A stretch of 63,774 bases of DNA, the filler included, from Collodictyon triciliatum (taxonomy: Eukaryota), in assembly GCA_043381765.1 (NCBI GenBank). It is 8 parts of 8 records of this genome, joined end to end, with 100 filler letters (N's around TTAATTAATTAA, not from the genome) between each part and the next. Parts side by side here need not be neighbours in the genome. Positions count along the whole stretch, not along the records: positions 24,189 to 32,031 come from JBHJMP010003713.1; positions 32,132 to 39,969 come from JBHJMP010003714.1; positions 40,070 to 47,908 come from JBHJMP010003716.1; 5 more parts are not named here. One strand, written 5' to 3'. The position numbers were made by a program, and so were the translations under genes. The stretch's first letter is position 1. Each line of letters begins with the position of its first letter. The notes under the pieces were generated by a model that was given only the letters and a program-made list of their open reading frames with translations, did no database searches and had not been told where the DNA came from. Of this stretch, positions 28,966 through 41,645 are shown piece by piece.

Positions 28966-31900
28966 GGAGACCCACTAAACGTCCTTTATTTTCATATTAA
29001 CTTGAAATAAACCATTATCGTGGAACTACTGGATTTTAACATTTCCATCTCGTGCACGTTCGCGATTGCTTCTACTTTTCGTATGATTTCTGTTGGTATT
29101 TTTTTTTTTTTTTAGAAAAACGATATTTTGTGCGACATTATTATTTATACTTATAATATTACCAGAAAGGGTAGAAAAATATGACTTTGGCGATTGCTCT
29201 TCAAAATCATGGTGCTTCATGAATTCAATTACTACTAAAGCAACATTATCGTGCCTATGAACTGAAGAAAAATTTCCTTTTTTTAAACTATCGTAAAGTT
29301 CTTGATTAAGTGTTGATTTTAAAGCCTTTTCATGCATCTCATTCCCCACTGTAAGATCATGTATACCCTATGCATGTATATATTGCTGAAATTATAAATA
29401 AGTCTTCGTTTCTTTGACTGAAAAAACGTATGTACAAATTTTAACAAAAATATATATGACCAATTCCCCTAAGATTTTTTGAGAAAAAAATGTATAAAGT
29501 GACTGTTAATATAATTAAAAGTACTGAGTCTTGTAGTTTATTACCTTTTGCATTCGGTCTCTGCACATATATTCCTTTCTGAAATGATAGTCTCTGGAAT
29601 AAGTGAAGATTGAAAATAGTGCAGTTGTGAGAATCATCCAGTTGAAAATGAAAAATGGGACGGAAAGTGCCACGTATCTATGAGGCAAAAATTTATGTCA
29701 ATATGTGCAGGCCACATGTTGTATGTCCGATTTAGAAAAGGCCATATATGCGAATCGTTTTTATTTATATTTACCCCATCCGATCATGATAAATGGCCAT
29801 GCATAACATTGAATATAATATCCAAACAATAAATTGAGATATTATTCGAATAGGAAGAATTGAAATGGAAGAGACGTAAAATATGGCCACCTGAAATATT
29901 TCAGAGTACAAAAAGGTATGGTGATACCATATGACATTACAATTCAACTCATTATCTCCATATATTAATAACAATCTCAACAGGGTGAATAATCCGTATA
30001 GCGTCCCGAATATATAGGGTATTTTCCATTCGTTGATATTAATTGGTTGAAGTATTGATGCTTCCTTCGAAAAAATGAATGTAAATGCTAAAAGAATCAT
30101 GATTGGCGATATGATAAAGAACCGCGACAGTATTACTAAATTCGAATTGACTTGTAAATTTTCGCAATGCTGATCCATTATGTCGTAATCAGTGAAACCG
30201 AACGTCATCAAAAAGCCAATCACGGACGTCAGTTGCACCCTGTTGAAAATATGCTCGATTAAATTCGTTTAAATTTTTTTCCTTTATTCGATTCAAAATT
30301 CGTTTGAACTTTAAAATGTAAAAATACATACGAGGTAATTTTCTTATTCCTCGATGACTGAAGGCCTCTTTGAAAATTTTCTTCATCGTACGGGTTGGGA
30401 AATCTAAGATCTCCTAGGTATCTCGCAAGTCCTCTTTGATCTTTCGCCAATACGTACGGATCATCTAGGTAGCCGCCCTGTTTTATTTTATTGAATTAGT
30501 TGTCAACCCCCTCACGCATTTAATCGTCGGTATGAATTTAGATAGTAAATTGGTCGATTAAGCTATAAATCATGCTTACATCCTTGGCAATTAAAGTCGG
30601 TTTTTTTTCTTCATTATCTATTTCTTTAATTTTTAATTTTTCAAAATCAGAGTCCTCGTATCCAGCATAACTATCGCTGCGTGTTTTGTGATGAACTTTC
30701 CAATAACGCAAAGTTTTTCCATTTTTGTTCGAACTAACCTCCTCAAAACCGTAAATATTTCCCTGATTATAAAAAATTCATTTATAATTATAAAATCATT
30801 TTATGGGTCATTTAATACATAAATTAAAATATATAATTACTGAATAAACTGAAAAACTGTCTAGGTGCTTACAATTTTAGAAAGCATGCCCTCCCATTTA
30901 TTTTTCAACTTATCATTAATAATAATGTTTGAATCCGATGCAAAAGGTGCGATTGAAAGGGCATTTTCGTGAGCTATTGTAATTATGCATATGGATATTT
31001 ATTCTTTTCTGCTATTCATCGATGAATTTTATATTCAAAAATCGTTTTTTATATTAATAAGATATTACCATCTCCGATTACATCAAAACTATTCTTTGAA
31101 CATTGGAGCATTCCACCCCGGAGCCAACCATTAGCCATGACGATGGATATTTTGGTCTAAAGAGAATTTTGTCAGAGATGAATTATCGATTTGCATTTTT
31201 GAGAAAAAAAGTGTTACATGGCCAAAACTGTTCTCTGACACCTTATCCATTAACATTCTTGATATTTCTATTAAGTTTTTGCCTTCTTCTCCAAATAAAC
31301 CAGTGATGAACTAACACCAAAGTAAAAATGAGGACACGAAAAGTAATTATAGATTGAATGGTGTTATCAAATTTTTATTTTATTTTCTTTATTATATTTG
31401 AAGGAAAAAATATTACTGTGATCCAAAGACCTGTTATTGGTTCGCATTCATCGTTAAATATAAAATAATATTTGATTATCAAAGGCGGTATGAACTCAAA
31501 TTAAGAATTATAATAAATAAATCAATTGTGCTCCATTCATAAATTCACTACAGAGGCAAATTAGAGATTACCTGTCGACTTAACTTTATGTATTCCAAAT
31601 CTATAGTTATAATATTTTCATTTTCATTTTCATTTTCATTTTCATTTTCATTTTCATTTTCATTTTCATTTTCATTTTCATTTTCATTTTCATTTTCATT
31701 TTCATTTTCATTTTCATTTATTGGATACTTACTCTTTTGCTAGGCAGATGATTATCCTTTTTAATTAAAGACAGTAATAGAAATTAGAATTAATTTTCAA
31801 TTATTACTTCATAGACAGATGATTACCTAAGGACTTTTTCAACCTCCATAATGTTTTTTTGATGGAGCTTGTCATAATCAGAAATTTCGAGCAAAACTAT

Positions 31901-31975
31901 CATGACTGAACACTCAGTCGCTTCATATAAAGGACATATTGAAGGAGTCTCTATCAAAGAATTGGCTACCGGCCT
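28320..31975 (-). CDS. Membrane class III adenylyl/guanylyl cyclase-like protein (C1-TM-C2), highly degenerate; 5'-partial
   Basis: C1-like exons PVANSLIE...CSVMIVLLEISDYDKL and TKISIVMANGWLRGGMLQCSKNSFDVIGD|AHENALSIA. Multi-TM exons at 30240-29545. C2-like exons SVHRHDNVALVVIEF, TKIVIDIGTVSYGLLGKQK and IVSTSLRLTKLIPPGEF. The order matches the cyclase consensus HxNVSILFADI...RIGIHxGPVVAGVxG...YDxWGDTVNxASR. Confidence 0.65.
31616..31719. repeat. (ATTTTC)n microsatellite
   Basis: Directly visible in the sequence. Confidence 0.92.
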
Positions 31976-33406
31976 GAAAAAATCAATAATAAATTAATAA
32001 AGGATTTAGAAAACGATTTATGGTAGTTGTCNNNNNNNNNNNNNNNNNNNNNNNNNNNNNNNNNNNNNNNNNNNNTTAATTAATTAANNNNNNNNNNNNN
32101 NNNNNNNNNNNNNNNNNNNNNNNNNNNNNNNGAAAAAAAGAAAAAAGAAAAAAGAAAAAAGAAAAAAGAAAAAAGAAAAAAGAAAAAAGAAAAAAGAAAA
32201 AAGAAAAAAGAAAAAAGAAAAAAGAAAAGAAAAAGAAGACTCAATTATGATTTTCCCCTTTATTCGACTCAAAGTGCAAAGTACTCATTTAAAATTTAAT
32301 CAAATTATTATACCGATTAACATAAACTAGAAATAATCTCCTTTTGTTAATAATATGTGACTCCAAAAGCAACGAAATTTAATTCTATTGACTGCCTTGA
32401 TGAAAAAATGAGCATAGTTTGCTTCCAGGTCAGGATAATGCATAATTTTTTGGTTACTCTGACACGATTGCTACTCCATTTTCCAAATTTTATTTCATTG
32501 CATGAAACTCATTTGAAAATTGAAAGGACGAGTATGTGTGAAAATTTTATATTCTGCACGATGAGGCAATCATTTTTTTTTTTATTCTTCCTTTCAATTT
32601 TTGTGCAGGACCGTGGGGTCGATAAGGCAATCATAATTTTTTTAGAATATCATCTTCATGATGCCATATACAACTTTACATAGCAGGATTTTTTGAGGAG
32701 GGCATTTTATTAATGACACAGTCCAGCTATTATAGTCGTATTTTTCATTTTTTGGTGAGATATTTCAACAAAATAGTATATTGCTGCTAATTTTATTCAT
32801 AATTGATCATCATATATATCCGTGAGTGTGGCTGTAACAATTCATTATGTGTTGCTCTTCAAGCATTTCATGAACTTCACCTTTTACTCGCGTATCCTTT
32901 AATACAATAGTTCTCACCTTTTCAATTATTTAACAGCAAATGTACATTTCCTTTTAATATATTAGTATTTTAAATGAGCGAATCAAATGATGAATTATAA
33001 TAAGTTCCATAATAAAAAAAAATAATTAGTTCAAAAATCAAGATGGCTTTGTAATAAAAATAGTCATTCAACACAAGTTTTTGTTCAAAGAAAACAGTTA
33101 TCGATCTTCTATAATGATGATATTTTTCATAGGAATTAAATTCGATTCGTAGAGAAATGTATTTATTCAAAATAAAAGTGATGAGGGACTACAACCATCT
33201 CTTCAATTTTCCATATAACAAAAATATATCGCTATTATGGAATCAATGAAATAGGACAAAAATCAAAAAATTATAGTCCTGATTTTTTCGGATATTTTGT
33301 GAATCGGAAAGCTGTTTAAGAGAGCTGGTACTTTAAGTGTGTGTCATCTCTATAAAATATGATGTTTCAGTAGCTCACTAAATTAAGTCCTATTATCAAA
33401 TTAGGA

Positions 33407-36400
33407 ATGAAACCGACACTATTATCATCAATAGTGGCTGCTATACTAATTGGTATGCAAAAATAAATTTCAAAATTTAATCAGATAATTAATTGGTATC
33501 TAAATATTTGTATAAGTATTTCAGTATTCAGCAATTTTTATTTGATCCAGATTATAATACATATTAATGATATATAATACCATAAAATATTGATGCTGAT
33601 CTATCAGACAAAGAGAGGCATTTATTTCACTTGTGATAGATGGGTGTTTTCTCTAAACAAGCAGATTGATGAGTATTGGATATCGATTAGAATGACCGTG
33701 TCTATCATTTTAGATAGTTTCAATAATTTGTAATTTAAAAGATTTTTGTATCATCTTGTGTATTTCAGGGCTAATATCAAGCAACCAGTTGATGCAAGTT
33801 CAAGGACAGGACAGTTTGACACTCACAATAGGCGGGTACAGAAACTACATTTGGAGCGTCGCTGTTACTCCTGATGGTTCAAAGATTGTATCTGGAAGTG
33901 AAGATATGACTGTAAAAATTTGGAATCTTGCTGATGGGTCTTTAATTCGCTCCTTAACTGGGCACACAAACCCTGTTTATGGGGTCGCTGTTTCCCCTGA
34001 CGGGTCAATGATCGCTTCTGGTAGTGGCGATTTGTCAGTAAGAATATGGGATCTTTATGAAGGACGATTAATGGGCATTATGACCGACCACGTCAGAAAA
34101 GTCAGCAGTGTCACCTTTTCTCCTGACGGCTCAAAGATTCTTTCTGGAAGTTGGGATCATAATATCAAAATATGGAATTTTCCTCAATACACCTTGAATC
34201 GTACATTAAACGGGCATACTGATTGGATTAGTGGTGTTACTGTTACCCCAGATGGTTCAAAGATTGTATCTGGGTCTGGTGGTGATTACGACAATTCAGT
34301 AAGAGTTTGGAATTTTTCTGATGGATCTTTAATTTTCTTGGTGAAGGGTCACGTTGGAGTTAGTGGGGTTGCTGTTGCTCCTGATGGTTCAAAATTTGTC
34401 TCTGTTGGAAACGAAGGTACCATAAAAGTTTGGAATCTTTCTGATGGAGCACTACTTCACGCTATGATTGATACTCGTTCGTTTAAAAGTGTTGTTATAT
34501 CCCCCGACAGCCTTACTATTGTCTCTGGTGACGTCGATGGTAGAATCAAAACGTGGGGTCTCTTTGATGGTGCTCTTATCCAAGTATTAACGAGTCATTA
34601 CAGCTGGGTTTATAGTCTCGCTATCACTTCAGATGACTCAAAAATTATTTCTGGGAGTGAAGATAATACAATCAAGATATGGAACCTATCAGACGGTTCA
34701 TTAATTCGTACAGTGACCGCTAATGATGGCGCTGGCAGCTATGGCCATGTTGATATTGTTACAAGCGTCACATTCACCCCTGATAGTTCCAGTATTGTTT
34801 CTGTATCCCGTGATCTTACTGTCAGAGTCTGGAATGTAACAAATGGGTTATTGATTCGTACATTGAGAGGTCACAGTGACTGGGTTAGTAGCGTTGTTAT
34901 TACTCCTGACGGCTCAACTATTATTTCCGGTGCTGGAGGTGGCGCTGATAGTTCTGTCAGACTTTGGAATTATTCGGACGGAGTCTTGATCTACTTAGTC
35001 AAAGGGCATTACGGGGTGGATGGTGTTGCTGTTACCCCGGATGGCTCCATATTCGTGTCCGCTGGGAATGATAGAGTGTTGAAGCTTTGGAATATTTCTA
35101 ATGGAGCCTTAATTAGAACACTGAGCGGTCATAATGGTTCAATCAAAAGTGCCGCTGTAACTCCTGATAGCTTGAAAGTTGTATCTGGAAGTATTGATAA
35201 AACAATAAAAATTTGGAATATATCCGATGGAAATGTGATTCGCACACTGATTGGTCATAATGACGGAGTCAATAGTGTCTTTGTGACCCCTGATGGCTCA
35301 AGGATTGTTTCAGGAAGTAGTGATAACACAATCAAAATTTGGGGTATATCAGATGGAAATCTGATTCGCACACTAATTGGTCACAATGGTGATGTTAATT
35401 GTGTTTTCGTAATCGCTGATGGTTCTAAAATTGTTTCTGGAAGTGCTGACAAGACAGTAAAATTATGGAGTGTTTCAGACGGAGTATTGATTCGTTCATT
35501 AGATGGTCCAGGAGGTCACACGGACTCTGTCAATTCTGTTTCTATTGCACCTGATAGCTCACAGATTATCTCTGGGAGTGCAGATGGTACAATCAAAGTT
35601 TGGGCGATGTGTGGTGCTGGGTTCTTTTACGACTCTTTAATGAAGGCGTGCGCACCATGCAAAGCTGGAAGCTATAGCACTGGAGGAACATCTATATGCA
35701 CTTCATGTCCCTCTGGAACATACAATCCATTAAGTGGTCAATCAGAATGTGCTTCGTGTCCTGTGGGAACCTACAACTCGGAAATCGCGTCAGTAAGTTT
35801 GGATGCTTGCCTTCTATGTCCTATAGGAACATACAACCCATACAATGGTTCAAAAAGTGAAAAATCATGCCTGTTGTGTGGAGCCGGAGCATTCAATCCA
35901 TCAAGTGGTCAATCGGAATGTACTTTATGCCCTGCCGGAACATATAGTACAGAAACGGGTTCAATAAGCAATACCACTTGCCACCTGTGCCCAGTAGGAA
36001 CACACAACCCATCAGCCGGTCAAACATCTTGCCTTATTTGCGAAGCAGGAACATATAGTCCATCCGTTGGCTTAAGCACCAATTGCATCTTGTGTCCTTC
36101 TGGAACATATAATCCAACAATTGGACAGTCAGAATGTATTTCATGTGGAAGTGGATGGAATGGTGACATAACTGGGTCAAAAAGCATTAATGACTGTTTG
36201 TGTCTTCGTTCCACTTATTTAGACTCAAAGTCTAGACAGTGCAAGGAATGTCCGAAAGGGTTCGTGTGCGATGGAAGCAGTCATCTGAAAGTTGAATCAG
36301 GATATTGGCAAGCCCCTAGCTCAAGTGATAAGTATATTGCATACAAGTGCTTAAATGAAGATGCATGCACCGGAGGAAACAATACATGTGCTGATGGTTA

Positions 36401-37685
36401 TACAGGGGTATTATGCGGTACCTGCGATGAAGGCTACGGTAAAACAGGCGGATATTTTTGTACAAAATGCACATCAAGAGAAGTCAATGGATTCTTGGTT
36501 TTTTTGACCATCACAATTCCTTTGGGATTTGTATTTTATATGATAGAGCAATCAAGACAGCCTAAAACAGAAAGTATACAAATTTTAAAGACGCTGGCAA
36601 CACATTTCCAGATTTTGTCGTATCTTGCCAACTTTGATGTCGACTGGAGCTCGGCCATTATTTCGGTGATGAAAATCCCTGCTCTTTTTTCATTTACCCT
36701 ATCGATAGATAGCTACACGAATGAATGTCAGTTTGAAATGTCCATTTATGACAAGGTACTTTACTCGATGATGACCCCTTTTATTTTGATGGCAGTTGTC
36801 ATTTTTATTATTTTCCTGAAGATAATGTGGAAATTAAGGACAGAGCAAATGAAAAAACACGAGATTAAATTCTCTGAATTAAATCAAGAATTTATATTTT
36901 CGATGTTGGTGATGTTATTTTTTGTCCATCCAACAATTACGTCATCAATATCAAATATTTTTGGGTGTGAAGTGCTGGGGGATGAAAGTTACTTGAGGGC
37001 TGACATGTCGATTATGTGTGACAGTCAGACATATCTGTCTTGGAGGGATGCATCTTTGGTTTATGTTGTATTGTATTGCTTCGGAGGGCCATTAGTTCTT
37101 GCTGCATACATGTTTCATGAGAGGTCATCACTGGTTAATCCTTCGTCTAAAATTTACAGCTTACTTAGATTTTTAGTGGATGGATATACAGTAGATTGCT
37201 TTTATTGGGAAATTGTGAGTATGATGCAAAAGCTTATTGTTGTTATCATAAGCGTAACTCTCCTGCCTGTTCTACAAATATATTTTGGCTTGTGGATTTT
37301 AATTTTAAGTGGGATATCGTCTGCTTATTTTGAGCCTTTTATGTCGAGTGTATTGAAGAAATCTCAGATTTATTCCATATCAGTCCTTTACTTTACGATG
37401 ATGACAAGTTTGTTATTCCGCTATATGGATTTGACTAGCTCAACTGAAGTTGTGCTTTTAATTTTAGTTATTCTGTTCAACGGCTTGTTTGCTGGTATGT
37501 CATTGTTTAAGGCCGGACCGTCTGTTCTGATTTCATTCTTTGACAAGATCTACAGAATGGCACGTCTAGTATTTGAAACTGTGATGAATTCATCTATAGT
37601 CATAAACACCAATAAAAAATGGAAAGGATTCAGGGAAGAAAAGGCGATGAAGAATTTTCTGACTGGTTCGGCGCCACTTCTCTAA
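33407..37685 (+). CDS. Signal peptide + 14 WD40 repeats + Cys-rich repeats + multipass membrane domain
   Basis: Exon 1 is 33407-33452 (MKPTLLSSIVAAILI-G), then a phase-1 GTATGC...TTTCAG intron, then exon 2 at 33769-37685. It holds 14 WD repeats, about 8 CxxCPxGTYxP units (GCC2_GCC3/ephrin-receptor-like), CADGYTGVLCGTCDEGYG, about 9 hydrophobic segments including YLRADMSIMC and FLVDGYTVDCFYWEIV, and a short tail. Confidence 0.93.
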
Positions 37686-37718
37686 TTAAGAAAGAAAAAT
37701 AAAAGAGAAGGCATACAC

Positions 37719-37827
37719 TCTCACTCACTCACTCACTCACTCACTCACTCACTCACTCACTCACTCACTCACTCACTCACTCACTCACTCACTCACTCAC
37801 TCACTCACTCACTCACTCACTCACTCA
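37719..37827. repeat. (CACT)n microsatellite just 3' of the WD40 membrane gene
   Basis: Directly visible in the sequence. Confidence 0.95.
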
Positions 37828-39070
37828 CATACAAAACAAATGACAATATCTGATTTTTTTCCATAAAGCTGATGGGTACGGCCATGATTTGACTGCATGG
37901 GGAGCATGGAGAGAAACACCAACAAAAAATAAATAAAATAAAAAACAAAAAAAAAAATAGCCTTTTGGTTTCCTCTCTTTAACTTTTGCCCGTTTGTGTT
38001 GATTTAGATGTCGAATAAATAAAATAATCAAGTGGATGAGGAATAAATAAAAAAGGGTGCATATTAATATTTTGCACATAACTATTTTTTTTTAACATGG
38101 CTCTGGGTTTGTGAGGCGTTACGGCGTTTAACGTGGTCTCGCAAAAAATAGGTTGGAATTAATGAAGTCTTCAATACACAGACGACACAGTCCCCATCCT
38201 TCGCTCTTCCGAGGGCGCCATTTCTACCGGCAAATGCACAAGCGAATTACTGCATATTGCATGTAGAATCAAAATTGAAAAAAAAAGCGATTTTTTTTCA
38301 CGTGGCTAGTAAGACGGAGAGACTTTGCCAAATGTATATTGGAAAACCAAACAATACACCCAGATACCTCGACATAACGTCGCGGGTGTTTTCTGCAGTG
38401 AGAGGGATACGTTTACTATAAAAAACTATTCAATAACCACCCCTGGTAAAAAAGTTTATACATCTGGCATAGGCATGGTAAGATTGCAAAGTAAATCCAT
38501 ACTACCAATTCTTATCCACTATACAGAAGCTTCAATCTTCCCTAGAGATTGACGCACATAACGTATTTACAGCCTACCAATCAAGCGCGCTGGTAAAGTA
38601 TAAAAGCAGTCCACCGCATAAGCCATCCCAAGTAGCTATTGAACCCATCACACTCAAACATACTCNNNNNNNNNNNNNNNNNNNNNNNNNNNNNNNNNNN
38701 NNNNNNNNNNNNNNNNNNNNNNNNNNNNNNNNNNNNNNNNNNNNNNNNNNNNNNNNNNNNNNNNNNNNNNNNNNNNNNNNNNNNNNNNNNNNNNNNNNNN
38801 NNNNNNNNNNNNNNNNNNNNNNNNNNNNNNNNNNNNNNNNNNNNNNNNNNNNNNNNNNNNNNNNNNNNNNNNNNNNNNNNNNNNNNNNNNNNNNNNNNNN
38901 NNNNNNNNNNNNNNNNNNNNNNNNNNNNNNNNNNNNNNNNNNNNNNNNNNNNNNNNNNNNNNNNNNNNNNNNNNNNNNNNNNNNNNNNNNNNNNNNNNNN
39001 NNNNNNNNNNNNNNNNNNNNNNNNNNNNNNCCCAGACAACCCAAAGAACAAGATACACATCGTTGCAAGG

Positions 39071-39718
39071 ATGAAGGTATGTTTGACCCTCCTTTTCCTT
39101 TCTCTTCAGCTGTCTCTGCTGCTGTTTCCCTGCCGGATGGCGCAGTTCTCCTTTCGAATCAGATGAAAACAAGGAACAGTCGCACACAAGAATGCCGCAT
39201 AGAAATAGAAACCAAAGAATATATACACAAAATGAGCTTAGCGGCGATAACAGCCCTACCCACACGTATCGCATCTCCATCTCTATTCTCTTATTGATAG
39301 ACTTTTTTCTTTTTTGCTATCCACACCTGCAGACCTTCGAAGAGTTTTATCCGTACTACTTGAAAGAGCACTCCAACCCTTACAATCGCATAATGCACTT
39401 TATTGGGACATCAGGCGCTTTGTACTTTGTAAGAACCCATGAGTCAAAAACTCTTCCTTCCATTCTGTTTCTCACTCGTTCCAAAAGAAAAAAAGAAAAA
39501 AAGAAAAACATTGACATGAATACAATAAACAAGCTGCTGATGACAATTGTGAAGCTCGCCCCCATCAACATCCTGTACGGCCTTCTTTGTGGATACGGGT
39601 TTGCATGGTACGAATATTTCATCCACAATCGTGTCGAATCAAACCAACGCTCCCGTCTCCCCATATCAACAGGGTGGGCCACTTCTTCATCGAGCGCAAC
39701 AAACCGGCCACCTTCAAA
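39071..39718 (+). CDS. DUF962 / Mpo1-like membrane protein, multi-exon; 3'-partial
   Basis: MK|TFEEFYPYYLKEHSNPYNRIMHFIGTSGALYF|LLMTIV...LLCGYGFAW|VGHFFIERNKPATFK, with the family's EH, HxxG and GHxxxExNxPA motifs. Confidence 0.88.
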
Positions 39719-39736
39719 GTATTCCCATCTCAACAG

Positions 39737-39737
<1 letters not shown>

Positions 39738-39827
<90 letters not shown>

Positions 39828-39915
39828 AGACAAAGAAAGACAAAGAAAGACAAAGAAAGACAAAGAAAGACAAAGAAAGACAAAGAAAGACAAAGAAAGA
39901 CAAAGAAAGACAAAG
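39738..39915. repeat. (CAA)n followed by (AAAGACAAAG)n simple repeats, intronic
   Basis: Directly visible in the sequence. Confidence 0.9.
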
Positions 39916-40196
39916 AAAAACAAGGAAACAGATACATGGATGCGGCGTGTGTTCAATCCTGTCGTGATTNNNNNNNNNNNNNNNNNNNNNNNNNNNNNNN
40001 NNNNNNNNNNNNNTTAATTAATTAANNNNNNNNNNNNNNNNNNNNNNNNNNNNNNNNNNNNNNNNNNNNCACCATGCTGTCTCCATAACATAAAAGAAAC
40101 ATTTCAAAATATCATAGGGCTAATTTTCATTTTCCTTTTTCTTTCAATTCTCTTTATCGGTTCACATTTCACGATATCCTGATTTTCCTCCTCCTA

Positions 40197-41058
40197 TTAT
40201 TTGGACGAATTCTTGGTCTCTTCGTCCTCCAATGAGCGAATCAGATGCTTTACGCGGTACTCTAACTTTGCTTTGTCTGTGCGTAGCTGTTTCACTTCGG
40301 TGACGGCCTAAGAATCATGGCAGGTCAACACCCATAATCCAGAGGAAATCCATATGTTTTTATCCCAAGAACCAATTGACAATGTACAGTAATCATATGA
40401 GCGAGTAAGATCGGAATTAAGAGGATGAAAAGGGGAAAAGGAACAGAGTGCAACTGGCCATCTTATTTGGAAATGGCAATACAATCCAACCAGGCAAAAA
40501 AAAAAATAAAATAGTATTGATGCATAGCCATAAAAGAAAAAAAGAAACAAATACGATATTGTTACCTTTACAAAAAGACATAAAGGAGAGGGATGAAACT
40601 GTTGTGTCATTTACCTCATCGCGCTCCTTCTGCAGCTGATCCTGCTCTCGTCTCGCAGCACCAAGAGATACTCGCAACACTCGAAGTTCGTTCAACATCC
40701 TCAGCTGGTATTCACGAAGCGCAGCCGAGTCTCCCCCATTTGTGGTTGGTGCCTCTAATCGCATGTTTTGTTCCAGCAGAATGAGTATCAGAAACTAGGT
40801 GGTTAGGCCGGGTGTGTCTTTGGGCTTTAAGAAGGGTCTTGACTATGTTTACTTGTGAATTCATGTGCAGGTTTTTTTCTTTTTTTCTTTTTTCTTTTTT
40901 TTCTTTTTTCTTTTTTGCGAAGCAACTCCATAATGCATTTAATTACACTGTGGCCGAGATAATTCACCTGCGATGCTTTGTGCAAGCTTGGCCAGCGTTT
41001 CCTCTACAGCACCGATGCGTTCCTCGGACTTGATCAGCTTTTCCTCCGTGGTTGCCAT
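40197..41058 (-). CDS. Small three-exon coiled-coil protein (~110 aa)
   Basis: MATTEEKLIKSEERIGAVEETLAKLAQSIA|EAPTTNGGDSAALREYQLRMLNELRVLRVSLGAARREQDQLQKERDE|AVTEVKQLRTDKAKLEYRVKHLIRSLEDEETKNSSK*, with GT-AG junctions. Confidence 0.75.
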
Positions 41059-41520
41059 TTGCTGCTTACTGTTTCACACATACACATACCCTCAATCCTT
41101 TTATTTTCGCAGCACTTTATAAACAAACATATTCTCTGCTTCGATTATGTGCGTCAGGCAAGTAGTATCGCCAGTCCGCGTGGTCTGTGTATACAAACTC
41201 TTTCTTTGCTGCCCGCTCTTAGCATCCCGATTCGAATAGGAGGGAATCTTGGTTTGCTGTGCAAGAAATGAACAAAAAAATGTCGCAATTCAAAATATAA
41301 ATATATTCCACATGTGTTTTCCTCATATGTCATGACTGAAATTTTTAAGAAACAAATGGTTGTCTTTTTTCGTTGCGCTTTTTTGCCTCTTTTTTTTTCC
41401 AAGTAAAAATTTAGCTTTGCCTTTTGTCGCGCCTTCGGGATGGGAAAAACGTGCCATCGGAACCAGTTATATCTCATTTTTCTTCAGTTTTTTGTGACTG
41501 AAAAGAATATTATTTATTAA

Positions 41521-41645
41521 CTAGAAGGGACACACCATCTTTCGATTGGTAAACTTGGTGCGCTAGTACCCAAGGTCTCACCACTTTCTTTTCATGAAGA
41601 TTGTGTGGTGGTGAAGGCTGCCAGGAAAGACCCAACAGCCTATGT
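41521..41645 (-). ncRNA. Candidate Fanzor omegaRNA scaffold / element 3' end
   Basis: Four consecutive stems directly 3' of the Fanzor RuvC-III region: 41616-41640 (GGCTG/CAGCC), 41578-41614 (TCACCAC/GTGGTGA), 41554-41574 (CTTGG/CCAAG) and 41534-41550 (ACCAATC-GAAA-GATGGT). They are followed by CTAG. Confidence 0.6.
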
